Position numbers and translations under genes: made by a program. A DNA stretch of 64,000 nucleotides from the NCBI GenBank assembly GCA_965637545.1, contig OZ281497.1, positions 27,032,001-27,096,000 of the forward strand, read 5' to 3'. The DNA comes from Phallusia mammillata (Eukaryota). Position 1 is the stretch's first letter; every line of letters starts with the position of its first letter. Below the pieces are notes generated by a model, which saw nothing but the letters and a program-made list of their open reading frames with translations, did not search any database and was not told where the DNA came from. Positions 14,201 to 25,169 of this stretch are shown here, piece after piece.

Positions 14201-17200
14201 TTTGAATAGTTGATTGCGAACAAGTGCATGCTATAGTCTCGACTTGCAAATAATTCAAACAACAACTTATTTTTGTACTGTTTGAGGTTCAACAAATGTT
14301 CTTATCACAGTTTCTGATGACAATGACTCAACAAAGATTATTTTCATCGCCATTCCTAGCGCATGTGCAGTACTGCTTCTTGCTTTGTGCTGCGTCATCT
14401 ACTGCAAGTGTCGACGTCAGAAACACCCATCCAACATCACCGAAAAAACGATTCCCGCCAAAGCTCAAACCACTCTTATCAAACGCGAGGTTTGTAAAAG
14501 CAAGTTGTAGTGGCAACCTAAGAGTGCCTGTTAACTTTATAGAGCTCTGCTAGCTATTGTATTTTTGCACCGACATTTGCCCTGATGAAGACGACCTGAA
14601 AAACAAGTCGAAACGTCGGTAAAAAATTACAACAGCCAGAAGAGCTCTATAAGGGAGATATTATTTAAGTAGCAACAGCTTACATAAGATTACATATGTT
14701 TGTATTGTCAGTTAGGTACATGTGCGAACTAAACATTTGCATATAATTGTGATAATATGCCAACGTTTCGATGTCCCATACGAAACACCTTCATCAGGGT
14801 AATGACATACATTGCAAACACAAGTTATTATAAAGCGAAAAGGGCGGCGAAACACACACAAAAAAGGCGGTAGAAAAAACGCAGTGCGCACCAATGGTCG
14901 TGTGATAACACCTGAAACGTTGGCATATTACCATAAAAAAACTGCCGGAAGAGCTAAAAATTCTGTTGATACGTTATGCCTGGCAGCAACAGTGTATTCA
15001 TATAATTTTGATGTTTTCTGCAGGTTAAAGTACCCGAGGTTAGCTCTTCATGTATTCAACTGTTGATGGAAATTGGAAGTAGCGAGTTCGGCAAAGCATA
15101 CAAAGGACAAATTGTCAACGATTCGCGATTTCCTAATGGATTTCCGGTAAGTTCCACTATTAAATATTTTGATTGTCCAAATATTCCTCGAAAACAGTGA
15201 TAAGAACGACAACTTTGTCAAAAGGTCAGATACGTTCTTAGCATCTCCCAACTATTCCAACAGTATCGGTAATTTTGGAATCGACCATGGCTCCCACTCC
15301 CCCTATATCTGTAAAATGAGACTTGAATTCACCTTTTGCGATATTTCAAAGTTCTCAGTCGCCTACAACGAAAGTTTTTTCGGGAAATTCGTTTTTCCTG
15401 TGCGGATATACGAACGTGATCGGGAACTTGTATTTATTCGAACTAGTCGTTTTTGTTCGTGTGTGCGACCAACGATCCGGAAACCTATGTATAGAAGCAA
15501 AATCACAATTCATGTTACCTTCATTTATCATGGGAATTTTATTTGAATAAAAAGATCTGATGTAATCACGATTTCGGTGAAATAACAAAAGCCAGTTTTG
15601 TTTAACATTATCTCCATACATTTCAATGCGAACAAAACAAGCTATCAATCCACCGTTTGTGGTATTTTAACAATGGTTTTGTTAACTAGATAAAACCGCA
15701 GGAAATGAATTAGCGAAAGTAATGAGCAACGATTTTTGCTTGTAGTCTGCAATTAGAGAGGAAACCTTTCCCTGTAGTACGTTAACTGTTACAAATATTA
15801 ACTGTTAAATTGCATCACTTAAGTTCTCAACCCGAAAACCAATCGCTTATGTTTACCAAGAATTAAGTCAAGTGCTTTAAATTTTGTTACATAATATTTG
15901 TTTGATTTGCTGCAAAAGTGCGCAGCAGAAAATTTTTCGAACGCTCAACCTTGTTTGTCCTTATGACGTCACAATCGGTCAGGCGATAGCGCGCCAATTC
16001 CCCGCTAAATCGATTCGTTTCGACGAGAAAAATATGCCAAAATTCTTGCGGGTTTTGCCTCTCCGGTAGTGACTTCGCGTGTTTTGCGCTTTTTAAGGTC
16101 ACATATGTTTTCGAATTTTTCTGACTTTTACTACAAGGCAGCAACAAATACTCAAATGAACAGCACAATGAAATTTCTTTTTTTAAAGATTATTATTTCC
16201 ACAATTGTAAAAAAAACTTTTACACATATTTTTAAGCTAGCTTGAATTTTTAAAATTACACTGCCTATGAAACTAAAAGTACAAAATATACCAAGTGTAT
16301 TTAATTAAAAGTTAGTTAAAGTGACTTAGTAAAAAGTGGTTAACCATGCAAGTCCTAAAATAGCATCAGCTTGGAAAACCCAAACCGTATCAGAATGTCA
16401 ACGTGCGCATCGTTCTGCCCGTTAGCCTGTCGGTGATATCGGGACCTCTGCGCGAATTCCTCCACTGTTATTAAAACACAGGAATCGGCGCACGATCTCG
16501 AGTTATCGTTCAACAATCTCTGTTCGCTAGGCAAGATATCGATCAGCTGGCTGCCAGTAAATTAAGTCCCAGCATTTTAATGCACTGCTTAAACTACTCC
16601 GTATTGTGTTGCTCAAAGACAAGACGGCGGTTTTAATTGATTTCCGTGGTCCATTTGAATGCATTCCAATTCAGTGTGCTGTACTCGGTGGGACGGAGTC
16701 ATGGGACTGCCAGTCGCTGGATTAAATGGGTTTAAGATTTGAAGATAACTGCCGTAATAATTGCTATAAATATGAACTCCACTCAACTGGATAAACAAGC
16801 TGACTTTTAGTGAAACAAGGCACACACCTTCCACTGCACGTATTGTATTGGTTTATGGTGTTGCTTATACACAAAACAGTTGTATTCACTTGAATTCGAA
16901 ATTTATCGATGTGCTTTTCACAGGTCGTTGTGAAGACACTGGATGACGTCACCATGCTGGAGAACTTCATGAGTGAAATCGAGGTTTTGTCTGAGCTCCA
17001 TCATCCCAACATTATGTGCCTCAAGGTGAGAAACCACAAATCTCATTCTTTTTCGAATAGAAAAATAATTTCACGACAATAAAAGTCCTGGTGCCACAAC
17101 AGGAACTGTTGACGTCACAGTGACGTAGCGTCAGCAAACAGCTGTCGCGTTAAGTTTGTGTGGGCCTGTCAGCTTTTGATGGATTACAAAGCGCCCGCCG

Positions 17201-19903
17201 CATCGAATCTGCTTAATACGCACAGATTGCACAACGTGTGGCGTGCGGTCGACGCACGATAATCGCATCACATCGAGTCAATGACCTGTAAACCGCCAGA
17301 GTTTCGATCTTTAACCGCCGTCTAGAGCCGCTTGATTTTCCGGGGTTAAGCCCAGCCGGATATCGGCTGTGAATCAATCAGCTGAACTTTAATCCTTGAC
17401 TTAAATGTTTATGACCTTTTTAAACCTTGCTTTTGAATTATGAAATGCTATAAGGCTAAGCATTGCGGCCAATTTGTTTTTATGAAGTAAACGAAGCTTT
17501 TAAAACGAAACAAATCAATTTTAAAATTCCCAAATTGTTTAGGCGGTTTCCTTGCAATCCAACTTTCGGTGTCTGATATTCGAGAACCCTGAAGTCGTAG
17601 ACCTTCATCAACATCTCATGGCGCGTTCTCCTAATTGTGACATCACAAGCACAGCAACAATGGTAGTTGTTCCACAATTTGATTTGGCCGACATTGCTGC
17701 CCAGGTAGGAAAAATTGAAGATTGGCAATAACTACTTTCATAGCATTCATAAACTAAACACAGATTTAAATAACATGACGCCTAATAAGTGCATATTATG
17801 TACTAAAAGCTTTTATTAAACCAGTATAGTCTCATTCTCAACCTATATATAACATCAAGCGATTGTCTCTGCAGAGTACACACACAGAATGGTGTTCACT
17901 TGTTACAATTATAGAAAAATATCACATCAACAAGGCATAGGATTCTTGTATCAAGTCTCTTACTTGTTTACAGGTCGTTTCTGGTCTCGAGTATCTCTCC
18001 AGTCATGGATTCTGTCACCGGGATGTCGCAGCACGTAATGTGTCTCTGTGTTCTGATCACACAGTGAAGATTAACTTGCATGGAATCACACGGGACGCGT
18101 ATGCCTCAAATTACTACAAACCTGCCGCAAATGCAGTATGCTTCCCAATCAGGTGATAACCTAATGCAGTTAGTTAAAAAGCAGACAGTTTACTGTATGT
18201 TGAGTTAGGAATTTAAGACTTCATAAAAGTAACTTAATATTATTTCGTCAAACTTTTAGAATGTTTTTTAAGAATGAACATTCCTTTGTTGTTGCCTGAC
18301 AATATGATGATTTTTAGTTCGTCTATTTTTGTGTGTAATCGCACAGGCAGTATGAAACATGGATCGTTGCTTAACAAGTTTGCTGTTTTCAAGGTGGATG
18401 TCTCCTGAGTCTGTGCGCGCTTGGCAATTCCTCGACAAATGCGATGTGTATTCATTCGGTGTTCTGTTGTGGGAGATGTACAGCTATGCCTCACAGCCCT
18501 ACTGTGGATACAACAACAGAGAGGTAACTGAAATTTTCAAATTCAACAGCGCTAAGTTGTCACTCAAGTTTTTTTCCACTGTATAACTTTGAGCTTTATT
18601 GACTACATTTTGTCGAAGATTTAAACTACATCTTTTCAACCAGTGGATAACTTGCAAAGACTTTGAGTAAAAAGACTGGTGTTTTCAGGTTCTTGAGATA
18701 ATTTCTCGACGTCAACTTCTAACTTGTCCCGATCAATGTCCAGCAAAGGTTTACTCACTTATGCATGAATGCTGGCTCGCCCAACCTTCACAACGACCTT
18801 CATTCAAGGTGAGAACACGTTCAAGATCATTGACACAGAGGCCAAATTATTAGAAGAAATTAAAATTTTGTTGCTACGTCCCATGTAAACAATGCGGTTT
18901 GTTGTCATATTCAATAAACTAAGATGAATATATTCATACTGGGATCAGATCTTAAGCGTCGATGCAGACCAGCGATCACAGCATAGTTATCGATAAATCA
19001 TAGTACGCCAAACCTATTAAAGGAGTTATACAGAATCAAACCGGTCTACCAAGCAATAAACTAATACTATCGTGTATTGCAGGAAATCCTGGTGAAAATG
19101 AGCACATGGGCTAACTCAGACGACTCCGTGATCAACATGGATCAAATACACATGGCAAGGTTCGTATCTTCCTCTAAACCTTTATTAAAATTGATATTTT
19201 TCGAGCCCTTGACGTTTGAGTCCACACCTTCATACCTTATGATTATTACAGCAAGGGAGAGACATAATTGCTGGAATTTAGATGCGGTTTTGCGTTTTAT
19301 ATATCGCTTGTTGAACCGCAAATACGTGTTTTGTGGGAAGGGTTGACGTTAAATAGGATTCGCTACATTTCGAAATTGCCATGAAAACGTTTTCGACAAC
19401 TCGATTAAAACCACAAAGTCTGACTACAAGGTCACGAAATTTAATCATTAAAACTATTTACAGAATATGGGCAAAAAGCAAATCAGTCTGCACTACAAAG
19501 TTAATGTAACATCCTTTGAATATATTCAAATTATCATTGGTAGAATCATAGAAATAACAATTTGTTCTTGTGTTTCTTTAGTGATGTGAACAGCATCATT
19601 TCCTCAGTTCCTCCTCCCGATTATTCCTCCATCGCTCCTTGGAACGCATCCACAGCCGCATCCGAGCGATCCTTTGCATCCGCCCCAAGAAGAAACCCCG
19701 CATCTTCACGTGACGACCACTCCCGTTACTATGACAACCGCATTGCTTGCGCGTCCCAGGTGACGGAAGTGACGAGCCTCATCTCGGCGTCTCGCGACTC
19801 TGGACTTCCGGCCGACGATCTTCAGTCCAGATACGACCGGAACAGGGACTTTCCTCTTCTCCGCAAACCTTCAAACCACGATGACGGCAACATGACCACG
19901 TGA
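2281..19903 (+). CDS. ROR: ROR-family receptor tyrosine (pseudo)kinase, paralog A; first (signal-peptide) exon not securely located
   Basis: Phase-consistent exons: 2281-2371, 4075-4088, 8486-8606, 10810-10988 (Ig: SFKCKVEG..WYKD..DAGKYRCEASN), 12038-12080, 12362-12507, 12617-12807 (Frizzled CRD: FCHFAFPTC..LCREDCE), 13264-13455, 13907-14027 (kringle: GGHNFCR..PWCF), 14311-14489 (TM), 15024-15146, 16924-17025, 17543-17704, 17974-18152 (HRDVAARN, YASNYY), 18394-18523, 18689-18808, 19083-19159, 19582-19903 (stop). The first two exons are less certain. Confidence 0.92.
7025..7060. repeat. Tandem 12-mer GACGTCACGCAC x3
   Basis: Directly visible, in a ROR-A intron. Confidence 0.85.
14548..14652 (+). 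mobile_element. Penelope-like-element-type inverted repeat with degenerate minimal hammerhead
   Basis: TTTGCC-CTGATGAAGAC-GAC..GTC-GAAACGTC-GGTAAA inside imperfect inverted arms (TATAGAGCTCT..TTGTATTTTTGCACCGAC / GTCGGTAAAAAATTACAA..AGAGCTCTATA); arm shared with 46948-47017. Confidence 0.6.
14752..14803 (-). ncRNA. Minimal (Penelope-type) hammerhead ribozyme motif
   Basis: Minus strand TTACC-CTGATGA-A-GGTGTTTC..GGGACATC-GAA-ACGT-T-GGCAT, with palindromic ACGT stem III; 17-bp inverted copy at 14914-14930. Confidence 0.6.
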
Positions 19904-20779
19904 GCAAATTCATCACGTGACTTCCATTCATGACGCGGTCTGACGCGACAATCGTTCAATAGCGACGTGCAGTTCAAATGTTTTTGTGTAATGGTGGTGA
20001 GACGTTGAGAACAAAGGTCAAATACCAGAGGTCAAGGTCATGACCTGAAAACATGATTTCACTCTTATGTATTTGATTTTCGGAGGTCTCCTTTTTGTTG
20101 TTGTTGTCAATCAAAATGTTTTTATTATGTTGTGATACTGCCGTTCATATGACAGTTACCGAAATACTGGTACAGTTTGTTTGTTGTTTCTGTTGCGAAT
20201 TTGTATTTAATTTATCGCTGGTGTGTTTTGTGATATTATTTCATGTTATTATCGAGCAGACATTTTTCACTTTTCTTGTAGGTTTGACTTTACGTTTCTT
20301 CATATTATTGAGGTAATATGGCTTAAAGCCGACTGACTATTCTGAGTTCTTCTACCACCGTTTCATGTAAATAAGATTGAATGTTGTCCAAGTATCCCGA
20401 CAAATGACAAAATGCATCTGATATACAGATACACTATTTTCATGATAAACTTTTTAAAATCCTATTGTCGAAATTCAACTACAAAAAAAATCAAATTATT
20501 TCCCCTTAATGACGTCAACGTAGCTTTTTTACAACCTTTTTTGTATTTTTTACTTGTTCCAATCAGGGAGTTTCCCAGATTTGCAGTCGAGCGGGGAATT
20601 CCCATTTTTTATTCTGCACAGCATCAAATTTGTGAATGGATTTTGTAAAGGTCGTAAAGGCGTTTTTATGTGTGTACAACTTTTGTCTTTTTTGCGTTGT
20701 GTTTGGCTGCGATATACGAAAATACAAACTTTTAATTAACAACGTTTGATGTTGACTAGAACTTTTTGGTAGTTTAAAC

Positions 20780-21308
20780 CAGGGGTCCGCAAATACTTTT
20801 TGGTGCGACCCTAAAAAAATTGCTCTAAATTCTCGCGACCCAAGCACTTTGTTAGCATGTAGGTTTGTGAAAAATACTATTGTCAGTTGCTGTTTTCGCA
20901 TAAAACAGTTGGTAAACGAACGTATTTATTCCAGCAAATAAGAACTGTGGGCTCTGTGTTGAGAACACAGCAAATCAATTCGAGGTTTAATTTGAGAGAC
21001 GACAAGCCGAAGATCGTCCTCTACTTCTAGTCTTGATCTGTATTTGCTTTAAATATAAGATAGTGCAGAAAACGCATGTCTGTTTGCACAGGTGCGCTTA
21101 GCTTATTGCATTGTTACATAATACTGTGACAGTTACGTAGTCTTATGCAACAATGCAATAATAATCAAAAGTTTGAAAAAAAGCCCAAGTTGATTAATAC
21201 TGTAGATGCGATACTTATATTCATGAGAAATTTAAAATATTTCGCGACCCAGCCCGGAAGGTCTCGCGACCCAAATTTGGGTCGCGACCCACTATTTGCG
21301 GACCCCTG
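20780..21308. mobile_element. hAT (Charlie-like) MITE
   Basis: TIRs CAGGGGTCCGCAAATA / TATTTGCGGACCCCTG; perfect 8-bp TSD GTTTAAAC (20772-20779, 21309-21316); subterminal GCGACCC repeats. Confidence 0.9.
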
Positions 21309-21430
21309 GTTTAAACTACTACAGGAAAATCTTTAAGCTGTAAAACACAGTAACGCCCATGCGGGGTTAGAACTTTGGTATCAAGTTTGATAACTGTCTT
21401 GTCATGTCAGGCAAAACAAGACTTCAATTA

Positions 21431-21638
21431 TTTTTTTTCACGGTGTTCCAACCCAGGAGACTACCGGGGACGAATCCCGATGAGGTTTTTTATGTCTGTA
21501 TATCGGTCAGGCCCGCCGGACCATTCGGCCAAGTTCCTGCCCGCACTAACGAATTTACCCCCATTGATGGTTCGCAAGCGCCCCCTAACGACAGTCGTTT
21601 TTGACGTAGACGTATATTGGTTGTATTTTTTCACGGTG
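21431..21638 (-). mobile_element. tRNA-derived SINE-like element
   Basis: Minus strand box A-like TGGCCGAATGG, box B-like GGATTCGTCCC, 3' hairpin and A tail (..CCTGGGTTGGAACACCGTGAAAAAAAA). The 3' end is shared with the insert at 62667-62713. Confidence 0.55.
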
Positions 21639-24600
21639 CTGTGATCTTCATAAAAAAAAAACACACGCAAAAAATAATACAATCATATTGTGTCAGTTAT
21701 TTTCCATCAAACAAGTTTAAAAATTAGGATTTCATTTAGACTCTTTGGTGTAAGACAATTGATATTATGCCTGTGGAAAGTCCCCGATATTAATTGCAAT
21801 TGAAACAGGATTGCATGAGGAAAAAATCTGGTCATTTAGTTGCTATTTTTTTAACTTCACTGTGTTGAATAATCTTCGATTGTGTCAATGTTTTTTTTTT
21901 CTGGAAATTTATTCTATGTTATCAAGTTCAGAAGGAAATAGATGATAAAAAATTATCTCGGCATTTTCATGAAGGCGTCAAGGTCAATATCAACGACAAA
22001 CAGGAGATAAGGGTCATGCAACGTCTTATCGTAACCTAACGCCTTTTTATCTGGTGCAGTAAGCAAGGGGCTGTTCCCAAAATAAACAAGATCAACATGA
22101 TTGACAGTTTTATCTCGACAACATCGGCAGGTTGGGTTTCTGACTCCATAAGGTTACTGCTAGTTACTTGTGCATTGTCAGTGCAAATTGAAATATTAAA
22201 AAAGAGCCTAAACTTTGGGACAACCCGACATTTTTCTGTCAAAAAGCGAAATAAATACAAATTAAAATCGAAAATAACTTTACATATACAATGGTTTTTT
22301 ACCCAAATGCAAAACAAGCTTCCCTAGATTCCCGTCACGGGTTATGCACATGGCCACGCGTGGTTGATGGAGCGTGACGCAACCCTCTGTGCCGCACGGA
22401 ACAGCTAAGCCCTTAAGACCGCTGCGGGTTGCCGGTTGCATGATAAGTACAGGCTGCTTTAAACCATAGAGGAGCCAACTTTAGAGATTTGAGAGTTAAA
22501 TTCCAGCGTAAGAACACGGTTTATCGACTGGGTAACGTGCAATTGGTACCGAACGATTTTCGTGTCATCCATAGTGTATAGTTTTTACGCATATTTAGTC
22601 GGACTATACGAAATTATTTTGACTGGTCAGATACCAAAGTATTGTCACTACTGAGAAATTCCATTTTTGTGATCTAACTAAATATAAAAAAGTAAATTCT
22701 AGGTCTTGTTTAATGTTTTTACAATATGTAGATGCTGTGTTGTGCAGTTTGGTGCGTATAAAAGAAGATGTGCGCTTGCAACAATATTGTAAAATTCAGA
22801 ATTGCAAAAAAATAAAAATCCCAGCTTTGTGCTTTAAACCCAACTCAATATTGACAAGGATTTTCACAACGACACCTGTTATTTCCTTTGGCACTTGGCA
22901 GATTTACGAGTGCAGCTGCGTCGGCCTAAACACCAATTTACTGTAATTGCTTTGGAGTATTACAAGCTTTTGACACAGAAAAGCATGTTTTTGAATCCAC
23001 ACACCAACGTAAGCGCATATAATTGCCACGTGATCGTTTTTAATGTCAGTTCATGTTGTATGGGCCTCGGTATTGGATTTTTTGATTAAATACTCTGATT
23101 CCAAAGAGAAAGTCCCCTATTTTATTGTCTTTTCTCGAAAAATACTTGACTTTCACTACATTGTAGCATTTTTAACACGATTTTAAATGAATTTTGCTGT
23201 TGTAAATTTGAAAACGAATAGCATATAGGCCAAGCGTTGCCCAACATTTATATTATTGATTTTTCAGTTTGATGAACGTAATGTCGCAGTAGGTTACCTG
23301 CATAAGAAGGTGAGTTCGAGGCTTTTCCCCCAACATGACATGTAAGCAAAATAGGCTCCCGCATTTCATATATCAAGCATCGGCGTTCGCGGTAACCAAA
23401 TCTCATGCAAAGGTGTCACCTGCATGGAACGTGTAAATGAAATGCACAACAGGGCTGAGGTTTTCATTTGCTGACCTGGTGCATTTGTGAACAATGAATT
23501 GAGGTTGGTACTGCAACTTACAATTGTAAAGAACAATGTAGCTCCGACCTGCAACATATCATCTTTGTTGCAACCATGGTTCCGCAATTGTCAGAATTTC
23601 TGTATGTTCTGTGTACGACAAGTCCAAAGTGCTAAAATGTGTTTGTACTAAACGCTACGAAAGCTATTTGCTACCGACGTTAGCTGTCATAAAACTTAGT
23701 GGGTAAAACTAAAAACCATCTATGCCCACATAAGCCTGTTGTGCCTATAAGTGTCGAAAGTTTTGTTTAAACTATAGGCTTGCAGATTCTTTTCCTGCAT
23801 TTCTTTGATAACTTTAACGATACGAAAATGTCTAAGATTAATTACAATTAAACAGACCAAAAATGATGTTTAGTTTCAATTAACCTGCCGTATTTTTAGG
23901 TTTAAAATTTAATCAACTAACATGGCAATTTTTTGTGTTTCAATTACAATGTAGAAATATTGAGGAAGTTTGGTTAAATCCGCAAATAAATCACGGATGT
24001 GTTTTGCAGAAAGAGGGCAATATAATTGTACACAAGTATTTAATTCCTTTGACATTGCACAAACACCGATAAACGGCCCAAACAACCACAGCGATTTGTC
24101 CCAAACGCGTTTCTATAGCAACATCATCTGGTACGGAATCCAGGGCCACCTAATAAAACAAACGGACAGCGATTAGTTGTTTACCTTGGAGCCTACTAAT
24201 CGTACAGCTGACAACTGCAAACTCAAGATCCGCCCGAAACGAAGATAAACGCGCTAATTAGGCAAGACAAACCTGCTTAATGACGTCACAATCAGCGGCG
24301 TCGCAAAGTCAGCGATGCGCGAAAAAGTCCGTCGCTCCCTTTTTCTTCGTTTTTCGCTCGATCGCTATCAGAAACGTCGACTGTTAAAACCACGCACAGA
24401 AGGACAATTCCACATGCTACTGACTGATAAAGTCTGACTGCAGTGCATTGCAAGTAACATACCAGGCAAGCTGCTATAATAGGAATCGATGGTGCAGTCT
24501 GTAGTGTTGTTAAAACAAAACAGTTTAGTTGAGTTTTGGGAGGGCTAGGTTTAATTAGAAGCAATAAGGAGTGCGGATATAATTGAAGTGTGTTTTGTCT

Positions 24601-25169
24601 ATGAACGAGAAATACGGTTTCCGCGGTGAGACCCAACAGGAAGCAAATTTATGCTGAGTTTATGAAATTTACCTGTAAGACTAGTCGATGAGTTTCAAAC
24701 AAAGTAACTGTCTAGTAAACAGTGGTGTAAAAACAACAAGAGTAATTTCAATATGTTAACTTAATGTAGTAACATAAATCGTTAATTTTATTGTATGCAT
24801 AAATCAGTTTATTTCATATAAAAAAGTAGTTAGTTGTTGTTCTTTTTAAAACATTTGAAGTCAAGTCGTTGATGCAGAATATGGAACTTTTTGGTCGTGT
24901 GCCCGCCGGATTAAGACTATCGCAGGAAAGGCAGTAGATTTTCGCGCACACGGAACACAGCTTGACATCTTTGTATGACTGCTGCGTGATACAGAGATCC
25001 GATCAACATGCTGTGAATTTACCAATGTCATCTTTATTTCACAGATAATAAAGTAGGGCTATTCTAATAACTTTCGATCACCAAAGACGTTGTTTTTTGA
25101 CAAGAGAATACTGCAGTGCTGACTCTGCGGATATTTTATGCAAGCGCTGGTCCTGCTTTCGTGGACAAA

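Noticed and set aside
16620-16810. Possible shared repeat with 37290-37500 (reverse complement)
   Set aside because: Only short word matches (GCGGTTTTAAT); cannot support without alignment.
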